Positions 22,510-37,321 of a DNA stretch of 64,000 nucleotides are shown piece by piece (positions within the stretch are counted from its first letter, which is position 1; every line of letters starts with the position of its first letter). The notes under the pieces were generated by a model. That model was not told where the DNA came from, did not search any database, and saw nothing but the letters and a program-made list of their open reading frames with translations. Origin of the DNA: Perna viridis (Eukaryota); NCBI GenBank assembly GCA_037379345.1, contig CM074512.1, positions 22,320,001 to 22,384,000 of the forward strand. The letters run 5' to 3'. Made by a program: the position numbers and the translations under genes.

Positions 22510-25500
22510 TCATGATGGAAAAAGTTCCATTAAACAGTTTCTGAGAGTGTTCATATATCTGTCCCACACTATCTGTAGTCTTGGTAGGGATCTAAAATGT
22601 AGAATCTTAAAATGTAATATTTGTAATGGCAACAATTGATGATGATATAAAAAGTGCACATGTATATATTCAAAAACATACAACTAAGGAAAATATTACA
22701 GTTAAAGCAACTTTGGTTGTTTGCTCCGCCCGACTCAAACCAGTACCTCTATGACATCTATGGCAACACTGCCTGCACTAAGTCCAGCACCCTAGACCAC
22801 TTGACATATATATATGCTGAACTGCAGAGTTAGAAATAGTAGCCTGCCCGTCAGACCGAGACTGGCTATTTTTTTGGCAGGGCTGGCTAATTTTAGCAAA
22901 AATCTATATAGCCATATAGTAAATATATTGAAAAATTGTATTCAGGACTGGCTTATATTTGAGTGAGTTTCCTACCCTGCCTGAAGCCTTAAAATTTTCC
23001 TCATTCTCTCTTTTTTCATAAGTGTGAAAAGGTAATTTTAAGAAGTATCTCTTAATTTTTGTCACTGTAACTTTGCTTGAAGTTTCAATAATATTTGTTC
23101 AATATTTATGGAGTTACAGATTATGCAAAGTAAGTACCTCTAAGTGTTAAGACCAGAAGGATGAAGTCAAGCGGCTACTAGACCCACTGTCAATGTTGAA
23201 GATGCACATGTGGGTCAAAAAGTAACTAATGATACTTTCAATAAGCCAAACACAAGTCAACAGTTGATTTTGCTGAAAGTTCGAGATACATAGCTTACCT
23301 CATTAGATCCATATTTTTTGCAGTACTTTGATATGCAGTAAAAAAGGTCTGTAAATCCTCTCTACTCCACCGAGCAGACTGACATGGGTCTACAATCTAG
23401 AAAACAAGAAATATTTTGAATGCCATTGTGCAAAATGTAGAATGAATATCTTAAAATTTCGTATGTACCAAGTTACCAAAATATATTCCATTATTACGAA
23501 ATCAAAATGTGTGCTTTTGCAAATTGTTGACCAAGTATGCTGTAGTTTCTCAGCACACTTTAGTTTATACTAAGAATGTTGAAAATAAGTCAAGAAATAA
23601 ACCAGGAAATTCTGAGGATAAATGTATCTATATATCTAAACCATTATCTTTTGGAAAAAAACCAAACAAGCAATAGAATTATAAAATATTATTTATCTGA
23701 ATTATACAATACATTCAAATACATCAAATATATGAAGTATACAATTTCTTGATACATCACAAAAGTATAAACATTTCTTACTGGGGTTAAAGCCTCCGCT
23801 CTGAAACATGAATACCTAAATAATGGTTCCATAGGAAGTGACATATCTCAGAAATAGCACATGCAGTTCGGATGTAATTGTCTGAACCTCTAACACAGAT
23901 GCACATTGTGAGCTAAAACAAGTCAAACAAATTTCTTTCAGTCAATATATCAACAATACACCAAGCTACGGGTGCATTATCAACAGATTGACGTGCTATA
24001 TGAGTACAAATAGCTACATCCCTTATTGGCCAAGCCATATAACAAAAAAAAATATCCAAATACAGCCATTATGGTCAACTCTATGACATAAAACTAACCT
24101 TTTTAATGAACTTAATTTTAATTTGGATTTTTGTTGGGCTTATCTTATGTCTAAACTTGCAGACAGCTAAAATATATTTTAACAGAGTTCAACTTACCTT
24201 GTCATACATATCTATAAAGATATCTCTCACTTCTCGACTATGATTCAATCCCATTGCAATATTTATGATAGATTTTGAAATATTCTACAAAATATATGAA
24301 AGTTCATAGTAAAATGGTAAATAAGCTAAACAATCAACTTTGAGAAAACCAATGACAATTATGTGCTTAATATTCATTTCAGACTATTTATCTTCATACT
24401 TCATAAAAGTGCATACATGTATATACAGGCCAATACATAAAACTTAGCATTAATAAGAAGTTGCACACTTCATTTTGCTAGGTAATCCCTAGTCATACAG
24501 AATGTTGATATTTGACAGCACCAAATATGCTTACAACTTATGCCCCATCTATATTAAGCAACATTCCACATTTGAAATCAATGGGAGCAGTGGCAGCTAA
24601 GACATTTGTAATGAAAATTTTCTCTATCATTCCATACAGTCCCACAGTACAGGAAGTTGATATCAGACAGCAACCAAAATCACTTACAACATATCCTCTG
24701 ACTTTATAAAATGCTAAATTTGAAATTGATTCACCCATTCGGAGCCTAGATAATTGTGAAAAAAACCTAAAGGAATGGAAGGCATGACAGACAGATGGAC
24801 AGACAAGCTGATTTCAATACACAAAATGTACCAACCATTTGTTAAAAGGGGGGTAAATTACAAATGTACAATATTCTTCTACTGGCAGTTCAATACTTCA
24901 TTGATGAGCTATGTTTTCAAATGAAAGATTTAAGGTCTACTAGTACATGTATATAACCCATATATTTTTTTCCCTTCTATTTTTTCTTTTCTTTTTGTCA
25001 TGAAAATCAGTATTTACTGTGAAATACGATATACCTTAAAGTTGTCTTCAAGATCTTGTAAAGCCCTCCGTGAAGTGTTGGATCTAATGGCATGTAAAAC
25101 CAAGCTGGAAGTATCAAAATAAAGTATTATAAAAATGACATTTTTAGTAAAAAGCTCAATTAAAGCATACATTGTGCCCATCCAAAATGTTGTGTATAAT
25201 GTCCAATAACAAATAAAAACTGGGAAAACAAACCAAAAACAAAAAGGAGATTCTTTCCATACAGAAAAACCATTGTATCAGAAAATGATACAAATTCATC
25301 GAAGCATTTTGAGTTACTGGTATCTAATGAACGAGTTATTTGGGGTTTGACACTAACTTCATTTGTTTTGTGGTCAACAGGACTACTTCTGAGGTAAAAC
25401 AGGTAGTCTGCAGACAGAAATGACGATTCTGTTCTTAGGTTTTATGAAAAATAACACAAAATATATATAGCCCATAGGACTACCATGATCATTTTTCAGG

Positions 25501-28500
25501 CAGTCCTCTCCAAAGTTGGGGTGGCATGGACTATAGGACTACTGTTAGTGTCGATCCCTGTAATGACAGTAGTATACCATACACTGTTATGCATTTCCAA
25601 AAATCAGCATATATTATATTGTGTATCTAAATAAACTAATAAATATATTGCATTCCAAGCATTAAATACTTTAAAATATAATATCCTAACCTATTCCCTT
25701 AACTACCCTAAAGTGTTTGGTTTCTGCTTTCCACAAAAAGATAGAACTATGGTTAAAATCTGCACATCTTACTGTCAAAAATAGTCTTTCACTCATTAAA
25801 AATCTGTTATGCACCAGTTACAGATGAAAACTGTCACAATGATATTGAGTCTTGTCAATAAGTCAATGTGTTTAAATGCTATAATGCAGTCTCTCTGCTT
25901 CTCTTCCACACACCAAGACTCCATTATTCACTGAGCAAATCATTACATAGGTTGTCTTTAGTCTGATTATTAAGGCTAACAACAAGGGTGACTAGCATAA
26001 ATTAGTAAAATAAAGTGTGAATGAAAGGTATTTGTTCTTTTAACTGTTTTTTTTTTTAGCTAAATGTGACCACAGATCAACTCCCGACATTCAACAAGTC
26101 AAAGGTCAAAGTAATGGTAACATTTTACTTATGTCATGAAACAGGTAGTCCTGAACTGTGAATTAAAAGCTTAAGGAATAAAAAAAAATTTTGGAAATGC
26201 AATATATCAAAGTAAGTTCATCAAAAGATTGATATATAAAAGTGAAATTAAGAATTTAAACTGTAACTATACTAATAATTTTAAACACGTCACTTCCTTA
26301 TATATACAGCATATGTATTATATAATATCTTTGAAGTCTAATGCAGTAAGACCCTCTGAATCTCTGGAAATTAAATTGTACCTAGATTTTATAGAGAATT
26401 ACATGACGTGCCGTATATTGTTTTTTTTTTTTTTTTTTTATCGTGAGTGTCTTATTTTTTGCAGTGTTTGTGTTAACATTAAAACACCGAAATTAGACAC
26501 AGCAAAACTTCCTTCAAAACTTGGAATTTTTTATCTTTCAAAAAGGAATCCATTAGGAAATTGATGTTTTGATATAATATCCCCCTTCCCCTCAGCTATT
26601 TGTATTAAAAAAATTATCCTTCAAAAGGCAAATAACGGGTAAAATTGTTTACTTACATTATGATACCCTAATTAGATATCAATTTGACACATGAAAGAAT
26701 TGCAATTATTAAATCCATCAGCTAGGGTACCGATTGTCAAAATTGATTGAAAGAAAGCATGTGGCATCAAAAATATCAATTCTTGAAGAACTTTAATTAA
26801 AAATCTTTCCTATCCAGGATACTGTCTAGAATTGGGTATATCAATGAGATATAAATATAGCATGTTTTTACTCCTCATTTCTTTATTCTGAATAAAATCA
26901 AATGTTCATCTTACTAATATATTTTAATGTCCCTTGCAATGCCTCAAAAGACACTGTTTATTTTACCCATGTCATGGTTCATTGTCAATGTACAGTTAGT
27001 TTCTATTCCTTGAAATTTTGAATTCATATTAGGATGTTTATGTATACAGTGATTTCTATGTATGTTTTGTTAAACACAATGAAAATTTAACTTGCTATAT
27101 TTCTTTTCAATTCACAAAAAGAAGGCCTATGCCAAAACACAATTTCAAAATTGGCTATTTTAAATAAGTGGCAATAACCCTATACAAATGCTACTTCTCA
27201 CAGGCTGTAATGCCATACAAATCGATAAAGTGTAATTATGTAGAGGTAAGATTTTCTTATTAAAGGATGAAGTGAACACTACCTCCATCCCCATAATTTT
27301 AAGAGAGTCTAGGGCATGTTCCCATCACACTAGGAACACAAGACTGTATATCATAACACCACATTACACAGTGGCTTTTGTGGACAGTAACACAGTAATT
27401 TATTCATACCTTCTATGCTCCTCAATACTCTCTTTATCAAGCAATAGTTTGAGCTCTCTGAGATCTTGAAGAAACGTTCGATCCAAATCTACATCCATAT
27501 CTTCATGACTTTTACATTCTGGAAAAAAGACACATTGCAGTTATAAAATTCAGTTTTATGCCATATTTCCAAATCATAATTTAAGCCATGATCGATAAAG
27601 TGGTGTTGCTCTTCTACTTGTTATATTATTTACATCTCACCCTATCAGGCTTACTGTGATATTTTTGTCTGGAATTCAAAATGCTGTTATTCTATATATA
27701 CCAGACCATACTCAATCATCCCAGGACCTGATTAGTGAAGATTAAATATGTAAATAAACACTAAGCAAGTTAAAAACTACAGTGTGGCTTGCAAATTTCC
27801 TAGAGTCATGTACTAATTATAGCATATACTGCTGAAAAAATGGCTAAATTCATCGTGCAAAAAACTGTAAAGATAAAATTAATCAAATCAAGTTTAACAT
27901 GCTAAAGATGTAGGAAAACATATGTAAAATTTCTCCATATTATGAGATGCACCTCTTCAAAATGTATATAATCACTGTGCAAAGTTTCAATATTATTTGG
28001 TAAATACTTTTTAAGTTACAGATTACACAAAGTAGGTACCCCCTAAGCATAACAGATTGACGGACAGATGGAAATGAGCAGCTACAAGACTTGCTTTCAG
28101 TTGATGAAGAAGGTAAAAATGGGTCAAAAACAGAAATGGCAGAACAGTAGATGTCCGACAGGCCTGAAATCAGGTCCCATACCTTTCGCTGGATACCAAA
28201 TATCAAAAGGCTGTGATTAGTAGTCGCTGAGAAAAGTGTTACAGTAATAATTTTCCTACCCACTTGCCACCAGACAAACATTCACCATTCTATAATCAGA
28301 TTTTCACATGTGTAATTCAGGATGCAAAAAGACACTGATTAAACAATGTGTTTTTGATCTAAATACATCATATTTTTACTTCACTACAGTCCTTTCTGCA
28401 AACACATCTGTGTATTTTTGATAAAATTGTGCAATTATATCCCACTTGAATCAACCAAATCAAGAATGATAACTGTTGCGAAGTTCTATACAACATTGAT

Positions 28501-31500
28501 CTCATAAGTGTAACAATTAAATGACAAACTATGACTATGTGGTCTGTAACTGTTTCTGAATCAGAGGTGAAAGTTATTTCTGTAGGTTTTTGACATGCAT
28601 GAGTCACCTCCTCTCTGATACTTATTAAGTTTGCTTCTTAAATCATTGGTTATTGTTTCCTGATTGTTTCGACATGCCCTTACCTACAGCACTGTAAGAC
28701 CAGTTGACAATCATCTGATTAGCACAATTAATGAAGGTTTGTAATGGATATTGGCTAAGCTTCTTCTTTCCTGTCTCAAATCTATTATTAGCTATAAATA
28801 CTAATGCTGAATACTGTCTGTAATAAAGAACCATTGAAACTAAAAAATTAGGAAAAAGTAACTGAATCACCAAATATTTCGAATAACTACATGCTTTATA
28901 AAAATGCAAATATTTAAGGATTGCCTTTTGTGATTTAACAAATTTTGGGGCAGTTTACACCTCACAAACTGCAAAGCCATTTATGAATGAGCATAAATTG
29001 CCAAAGACTTGATTGTGAAAGCATAGTGGCCATAACATTAATATAAACTGTTTATCACAGAGATAAGTCTTGCCTGTTTGATATTGTCAATATAATGATG
29101 TGTTTGTTAAATATTATTTTTTGTGTTGCTTTCATATTTTGTATAACAATATAAAATTATAAAATTATCATTTTTGTGTTACCACTACAAAATGCACTAG
29201 GCTGTGGCGTATATGCATAAAATTGAATTTGTGATGCAATGATGAAAATGAATAAAATAAGGGGTTCATATAGAAATCAACTTATCATAAAACTTAACAT
29301 TTAACTTTTAACATTGAATTTTATAAGTCCACAGACCATGACTGCATGGGTATGTGCGTAAAATAGCATGATTTTGTGATGCAACGATGGTAATGCATCT
29401 GTACACCAAATATCATTGACCTTGCATAACGAGGTTCATGTAGAAATAAACTTATCTGAAAACTTAACGTTAAACTTTAACATTGAATTTTCTAAGTCAA
29501 CAGACCATGACTGCAGGCATGAATTTGTGATGCAATGATGGTAATGCATCTGTACACCAAATATCATTGACCTAATATAAGAGGTTTATGTCAAAATGAT
29601 CTTATCAGAAAACTAATGTTTAGTATGTGGAAGCCGCTGTCGCAAAGAAAGCAAAACCTAAGTCTTGCCTTCCACTACTTTGTCACAGGCAAGACATAAA
29701 AGCTTAGTAGGGCACAACTTGTTTCAACTGCTTTGAATTTGAATTGTTATTACCAGTAAATGATTGACACATCATAAGCTTCTGACAAGAATGAAAATCA
29801 TCTAAGAACTTTAAATTTGCAATTAAACAAAAGACAAGTCATTTGTAAAAAGTACACATAAAAAATATATACTGCTAACTCTATTTTTTTATCCTTATTC
29901 TTTTAATAATGGTATTTGTACTAAAGTTTTTGCAAATAAACCTAAAAAAATGCATGTTTTTGGCTCCTTTTTGGCCCTTAATTCCTTTATGGTTCAAGAC
30001 ACAATTATTTAAATCAATAAAAACTTATCCACCCATATTCAAATTGTTGTTCAGGAATCATAATGTCTACCAATGACAAGAAGACAACAACAATGCCATA
30101 CCATTACATGACAATAAGTTTTTTTTTGCAATCCTATAAAACAATCATTACTACTCTATAAAAACCATTCCAGTCTTAACCAAAATCCAATGCTATATAT
30201 GTAAATCATATTTATTAGTTTATATTAAAGGTGGACTGCAAACCAATCCAATCGTCTGAATATAGCTGAAATATTGCTGCTCGGACATTAAACCCCAACA
30301 AACAAACAAACAAACAAACAAACAAACCAATCCATATTAATGATGTGATAGTACCTAACTACAAATGAAGGTTATACAAAATGATCCTGAAAGTACCAAC
30401 CAAGCAGTAGGTTTATTACACTTCAAATCTGACTACATTACTATATATAAACAACATATATCTGAGAGGATAACAAACCCTCTATCACCCTCTATGCTAT
30501 GAGAGGGTAACAAACCCTCTATCACCCTCTATGCTATGAATTATTTATTTCATTACACTGAAGTTTCCATTGTCATAATTTTTTCAATTTAAGCCCTAAC
30601 AATTAACAAGGAACAATCAGTTTTGCACTTTTTCTTTTCTTGATTAATATTGTTTATTTTCTTCCAAGTTTTCTTGTATATATATATTTCATCCAACTGT
30701 AACTGTTTTGACATGAAAGAATTAAAAACAAACATAATAAAAAAAACTTAAAAAAAAAAAACACAAAAATAACAACAAAATAAATACTAGTTAGAACATT
30801 TTCTTTTCCGGATCCAACTTCCTTCCCTTTATAATTTGACAATGCACTAAGAAATGTTTGGGTACAGATTCACAGTAGAATTAGCATCATAACTACAAAA
30901 TATATACGTTTGCTGAATTTGATGTAATTATCTTATTGATACGGATCGACATTGCTCATATTGGTTACATCAAATGCAAAACTGACTAATAATGTACTGG
31001 TACCTTATATTTCCCTGAACCAGTTTAGCTCTTCAAGAAAAGGTAATAGGCAAAAAAAAACTATCACCATCTGAGACATGTGATAGAGCACAATCTCACC
31101 CTGGTGTTGAACCAATCAAAATACAGCAAATTGACATGAAGTATAATAAATAACTTGATTACATAAGACTCTATTTTACTGTTTTTCTATTAGCCAGAAG
31201 CAGTACACGTGGTATTCCATTTTCTAACATATTGATTAGCAAAAAGATGTTTCTGTGCAATCATATTGCACTCTTGAGCTAAATTTATGAATGAAAGTAA
31301 GTGGCATGAGCCATCATCGTCAATGAAATTGTAATAGCCAATCAAATCACTTCTAATAAATGAATCAAGCCAATAAATAAATATTGTATCGGAAGCTAAT
31401 CGGAACTCAATTGTTGTTTGCAAAATGGCAGCGCCCAACATAGACGGTAACTCTGACAGCACTGGAGCTAATAAAATAAGATTTGCCGTTATAACTAATT

Positions 31501-34500
31501 CAGAAATCACAGAAATTATTAAGAAAAAGGATGCTGAAAACACTTGAAAATCAACAGAACAAGCAATGAGAGTTTTCACCAAATATTTACGTAAAAACGA
31601 CATGTCAGTCAGTTTGAAGTTTATGGTTTTTTAAAAATCTGTAACACCTCTGGAATTAGACCCCATTCTATCTAAATTTTATGCTGAAGCCAGGACGGAA
31701 TGTTGCATAAGAAGTCCTGTCTGCAAACTTTTTGCCATGGACTATGTCGTTACTTCTCAGATTATCGAGAAACTTACATTATGAAGGACAGTGACTTCAA
31801 AGAATCCATCCGTGAGGTGGCACTTTTACATGCAATATAAATTACTATTTTCATCATAAGAAACTGTTCAAACCGCAAAACTGATGTTTGTTGTTGATTT
31901 GTTGCTGATTTGATCTTGTTATAATTAAATTTGTTGAATTTAAAGGTATTCAATATTTACACAAAACAGTAAAACAGAGCCTTATGTAATAAAACAATTA
32001 CTTCACTTGAACTTGATCAATATGAAGTTTTATGGAGCAGAGTACAATAATATAGAATGAGGCGAAGCCAAGTTCAATATTGTTGTACTCTGCTCCATAA
32101 AACCTCATATTGATCTCGTTCAAGTGCAGTAATTGTATAATAACAAGCAATCTGTAGTGTATGAATATCCAAATACATGTATTACAATCAACACTATTCT
32201 GATTTTCATCTTACAGTCTTTATTACTTTCTAAAACAAGCTTGATTTCTCAGAGATCCCAAAGAAAAGCTAACCAACCCCAATACATGTTACAAGTAGAA
32301 AAAAATTTTAATAAACCCTACATAACCTTTAAAATACAACAGTGGGTATTCATATTCACAGTTCCATGTTCTTCAAAATAAAACAGTAAAAGGAACTTGA
32401 ACCCATATACTTGGAATTTCTTATCTTAGAAAGAATTACTTTACCTAGCTAGATGTGGTGACAAAAGGAAATTTGCTTGAATGTTATCAGTCAGTGATCC
32501 CATCATTTCTTCAACAGCTCTCAGCACCCGCTTTAAGTTGTCAAACTATAAAATGTTAAAATAATACTAAATGCTGAAGCACATCATTCATTCAGTTCAT
32601 GATTAATGTAATAAGTTTTAGGTATAGAGAGGGTATTTTTTTTCAACATTAAAGTATGGAAACAACATTCAAACTTGATACAGCTCTTAACTTCAATTGT
32701 GTCTTATGTTTGAAAAATATTTTGACCAGAAGGAAAGCAGTCAAAGAACTTAAAAATTTGCAGTTAGACATAAGAAATTAGTAATTTAAAGTTAAAATTT
32801 CTGACCCCTTATTGGATCTTATTTCCTAAAAGATAAGGGACATAATCCTTTAAATCAATCATTTCCTTCCTTTGATGTATGAAGTCTAGTATTATGAATT
32901 CATTGAGCTTCATAGACTTTTACTAAAGTCATTGTCTAAAAACTCCTAAAATGTGCTGTTAGTCTCTTTTGACCCCAAATTCCTTCATGGATTCGTTCCT
33001 AAAATTAATCCAAGTCTGACTTTCTGAAACTAGAAAAAAGCCTGTAATTGGATTTTACCTGCCAAAATTCCTAAATATCTCAGGTTATAACCCCCAAAAT
33101 CAATCCCAGTCAGAACTTTGTGGTATAAAACATTGTGGTATTCAAGTTATTCATTGAAATGCTTAATTTTTGCCTCTTAATTCAAAATTGGTTTTGGGCC
33201 AAAACCCTCAAAATCAATACCAACTTTCATTTTGTGGTATGGAAACATGTAATAAAATTGTATCAAAATTACCAATTAAAATTCATACTACAATGACTAG
33301 CATGAAAAAAATGTGTCTACAGACAATAACAACGATACAGATGATGATGATTGTGCCGTTCCATAATATCAGAGTAGATTATTTGTGGTTGAAATAAATA
33401 CTTGATATTATGATATAGATAGCAGTGTTTTATCGAATGTTCCCAGTGTAATAAATTTTGATAATTCACACTGTGAAATAAATTTCGTAATTTCACACTT
33501 GCGCTTTCTCCCGCCAAAACGTCACAATTTTTATATCAATCCACCAATCACAGAATTTCAAATTCTTATTGAAAATACAGATAAATTATGAAGAAAATCT
33601 ATATAATAAATAGGATAATCAATTGGTTATCGTGAATAACCAAAATATGATCGCTCATGCCAAGAACACTTGAGGATCTAATGCTCCGCACACTCATTAA
33701 ATCTAGGCATTCTTCGGCACTCATGATAACATTTTGGCTCTTCACTCTTTCCAATTATTTATCCTATTATTCTTTGCACATGGTGTAAAATCAGAATTAT
33801 TGCAATCTTTTTATCATTGTGCCTTGTATGTGATGGCAATAATTAAAACTCACATTTTGGATACTTTAATAATACTTAAAGGCACATTTTTTTCTCACAA
33901 AAATTATAACCAAAATTTGGTCATCAAAAACAAATTTGCAAAATTGTGTAATAATAATTGCACACAATAATTTTTTAAGTTATGTCAACTTTCTTTAATA
34001 CCTGGCGTCTACATTTTTTCAAACTGGTCTTAGTTTTATCACTGACATCATCTAAGTCTTTTCTGTTTCTACCAGATAACTTTTTTCGAAGTATTTCTCT
34101 GAGTATACTTTCATCAAATTGATAATACCTGAAAAAAAAACCAAAAATATTTGTCATCACTATGGTCCTTAAGGTGGTCATTAATAACATATAAAAGAAT
34201 CTTAGTTAGTCTCCTCACATGTTCTACAACCCCACATTCTCCCTTTACATTTACATAAAAGTTCAGGCAAATCAAACAAAATTTACATTCAAGTTCAAAG
34301 TATCATTTTTACATAGTATAAAAATTTCCTTTATATATGCAAGTCAACATAGTGTTTCTATATGCATATAGCATAAAATAGCATGAAATTCTTGTTCTAT
34401 GGTTTTTCAAAAAGACACAGATAAACTGCTTCAACTGCATATTTACAAAATCTCTATTCCATCCTTAGTCTCCACTGTCAATTATTCAACACATAAGAAT

Positions 34501-35924
34501 TTTTGTTAATTTTTTTCATGAATATGATTCAGTATTTTTTTTTGCCCATATTTTTAGTTCAAAAAAGCATACTAATAACTCCTAGAGAAGACATTTTCAT
34601 TAAAGTTAATCTGATGATTCAGGAGCAGTTTGGTTAGTAAGATATTGTGATTTTCAACCCATTTTCAAAATTCCTTTTTCAAAAATTTTGGAACCACAGA
34701 ATGTATTTCTACTGAACATTACTGCATACACATGTTGTTTTATTAAAAAATCATCTACTGGCATAACCATTATTGTGCTAACAAGAACTCATAAATCCCC
34801 TCTCCCCTCTTTTAAAATGCAAATACATCTAGCTTTCCTTAAGTGACTATTTTACAACAGGTGTACATGTTATGTACTTCCTTTGTGTGAAGTTTTATTG
34901 CAATCCATATAGAATTGCACTGACAAGAACAGAACAAACAGACAGATGGAAGAGTTCAATTCCATATCTTATTGGCAAAAAGATGGTCTCACTGAAGGAT
35001 TGGTCAAATTTATACAAAACAAGTACTTTTCAATAAGAAGCCTCTGAGACTCTGAGTCTATCTGATGTATTTGTTGATCAGCCAGCTGGGTTGGGTTCTT
35101 CAACATTTTTTCTAAATGATTAAACAACCTGTAATGATCATGGACTTCACTGATAATGTCCTCAATTGTGACCCCTGCACTGTGCTGCAAATCATTTTTC
35201 TGCAACACATTGGCGGCATCAAGAACTGAAATGTAAATTATGTTCGTTTTTCAGATAAGCACAAAACAGCTTTATAATATAAGAAAATTTTAGACAACAA
35301 ACAAATATAAAAAATAAAATCAAGAAAAATATTTGATATCAATTTTGGGGAAAAAAGATTATTATTTTATAGTATAGAAATTTAATCAACCTTTTTATTT
35401 TTACCCTTGGTTGTCATAAATTTCCCTATCTTGCACTTTCAGTGGAATTATTTAAGTATTTTTATAATTTCCAATTCCTTAACAGATATGGTACTTATAA
35501 ATAGGCATACTGATTACACTTGTAATTGGTCTGTGTTTTTTCTTTTTTGACAAATCTGAGAAACGTTTGTTCCATCAATTATGTAATTTCTGTTCTTTGT
35601 TAAACATCACTGATACATCATCTGACTAACAACACAATTTGTAGGAAGTGTACACAGATGACATAATGCACAAATGATACAAGGGTCAACGTACGAATGG
35701 ATCACTAAAATTAGTTTTAATATCAATAAGAAATAGTTGATACTTGTTTTTTCTATTATTTTTATGCAAATATTCAAAGTTTATCTTAACTGTAAAAATG
35801 CTAACTGCTCACAAAAACATTGTTATTTACTATACAGTGTACCTGATAACCCAGTGATCCAAAGATCATACAATTCAAAGTCTATGATAGTAAAATTCCC
35901 AACAAACACATCCAATGTCGCCAT
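22510..35924 (-). CDS. FIBP: Acidic fibroblast growth factor intracellular-binding protein, 10 coding exons, 362 aa
   Basis: Exons 35924-35843, 35225-35027, 34128-34002, 32545-32445, 28817-28684, 27518-27410, 25104-25035, 24284-24198, 23396-23299 and 22591-22510 are all GT-AG with consistent phases (1089 nt). Protein [27 protein letters not shown]...[27 protein letters not shown]...[15 protein letters not shown]...[18 protein letters not shown]...[18 protein letters not shown] matches the FIBP motifs I recall along its whole length. Confidence 0.96.
29190..29700 (+). mobile_element. Helentron-associated (HINE/pearl-like) element with ~160-bp internal tandem repeats
   Basis: About 3 diverged units containing gtgatgcaatgatggtaatgcatctgtacaccaaatatcattgacc, then a 3' hairpin gtcttgcct...aggcaagac followed by an A-run. 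Confidence 0.5.
30225..30330 (+). mobile_element. SINE 3' tail with (CAAA)n microsatellite
   Basis: gaatatagctgaaatattgctgct..gacattaaaccccaacaaacaaac. A related tail lies on the minus strand at ~35980-36035. Confidence 0.5.
30464..30538. repeat. Short tandem duplication (~37 bp x2)
   Basis: gagagg(a/g)taacaaaccctctatcaccctctatgctat occurs twice. Confidence 0.9.
31141..32143 (+). mobile_element. Decayed Crypton (tyrosine-recombinase DNA transposon) in FIBP intron 4
   Basis: The frame from ATG 31425 reads MAAPNIDG...[38 protein letters not shown] / [16 protein letters not shown] / [17 protein letters not shown]...[10 protein letters not shown], a Crypton/KCTD1-ZMYM-type N-terminal pattern. 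Terminal direct repeat GTATAATAA at 31141 and 32135, subterminal inverted repeats 31158-31186/31963-31990, and a long terminal hairpin at 31996-32135. Confidence 0.75.
33360..33772. mobile_element. Non-autonomous element with a terminal foldback (Crypton-like architecture)
   Basis: Hairpin aataggataatcaattgg...ccaaaatatgatc versus gataacattttgg...ccaattatttatcctatt (33609-33770). Confidence 0.45.
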
Positions 35925-35977
35925 TCTTCAATCATATGTAGCCTTTAAATGTATCTGAAATCAGAAAAAATGGTATA

Positions 35978-36460
35978 ATTGATTGATTGATGGTTGGAGT
36001 TTAACGCCCAAGCAGCAATATTTCAGCTATATTCAGGCAATGAACATAAAATGAACATGAAATGACGTTGAAATGAAATATGGGATGGGACATAAGGATA
36101 ATGGGGTCGACAATTTTTTATTGCCACTAGAAATAGGGAGAGGTGGGTAGGGTCGGCAATTTAACCTCCTGTGGGGGAGCCCTATGGTTCCTAATACCAC
36201 AGAAGGGTTCTTCAACGTGCAAGGAACGTGGCATCTTTCTCAACACGGTGCACCACTATGGTTTGCGGTCAGGTTTTCCGTACTTTGACCTGACAACCCC
36301 AGCATGAAACATGCCAGGGTTCCCCAATCAACCACCTGGGGCACACAACCCAGAGTGCCCTAGCCCCTGGCCAGGGTTTTGAGCACTATTTAGCCGCCTT
36401 TTATAGCAAGCTTAGCGCTGCTGTGGGCCTATTCTTTTGACACCTGTACCTGCATGGAAC
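35978..36460 (-). mobile_element. Composite SINE remnants
   Basis: A (GATT)n + gtttaacgcc tail, a GC-rich body, and a tttagccgccttttatagcaagc...gggcctattc core motif. Confidence 0.45.
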
Positions 36461-37058
36461 GAAAAAATGGTAAGAAGCTGTGCATTAATGCACAATGCTA
36501 CATAGAAAATCACTCAAAATGCAAAAATTAGAGGACATGAAAACCATAAATACCATTATTTGAAATGTTTTATTTTCTTGAGCAAGTGAACATTAGATCA
36601 TGATGCACAAATTCATAACAGTAACAGTCAGAAATCCAAATCCATGACCCTATCACTGTAAGCCAACTCTTTGCAAATAAGCAAAAGAAGAACTTATACA
36701 GATAAAAGAAATTAAACTATGAAAGGAAGACACCTCTACAAAAGGTTAACTGATATAAGAACTATATGTAGCTTCCTCTGTCAATATGAAACCTGGTTAG
36801 CACATGTATTACATGCTTATGATATAAAGGGCTGCACACATGTATTTGATGGGACACTGTCCCTGTGGGGTGTACTCAGAGGGTGTACTCAGAGGGAAAC
36901 TTTGATTGCAGGAACTTTAGCTGCTTGTTATTTTGTTTGTAAGTGTCATATAAATCTGGATCTAGATAGATAGGCAATTTCAACATTTATGGTCAACATT
37001 GTTACATGTATACAAAGAATGAAAGACAATCAGAAAACAGCTCCAGACACTGAACCCT

Positions 37059-37306
37059 AGTCCGAATTTCCTCTGATCCTGCAACCCTCCTCTGTTTTAT
37101 TTGTATGTCGGTAATGGAGTGAGACTAATCCCTTTTAAGATTCAGTTATTCCGAATTTCCTCTGACCCTGCAACCCTTCCCTTTTTTTATTTGAATATTG
37201 ATACGTCAGGTGACCCGACACATCAATATCCAAATAGAAAAGAGGAGGGTTGCAGGGTCAGAGGAAATTCAGACTAAATGAATCCCAAAAGGGATTAGTC
37301 TCACTC
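37059..37306. repeat. ~190-bp near-perfect palindrome preceded by a partial direct duplication
   Basis: Arms 37117-37210 and 37213-37306 are reverse complements (gagtgagactaatcccttt... / ...aaagggattagtctcactc). 37059-37105 repeats part of the left arm. Confidence 0.85.
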
Positions 37307-37321
37307 TGTTCTAGCTACATG

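Noticed and set aside
31190-31603. 137-aa minus-strand ORF
   Set aside because: It is the antisense shadow of the plus-strand Crypton recombinase remnant.
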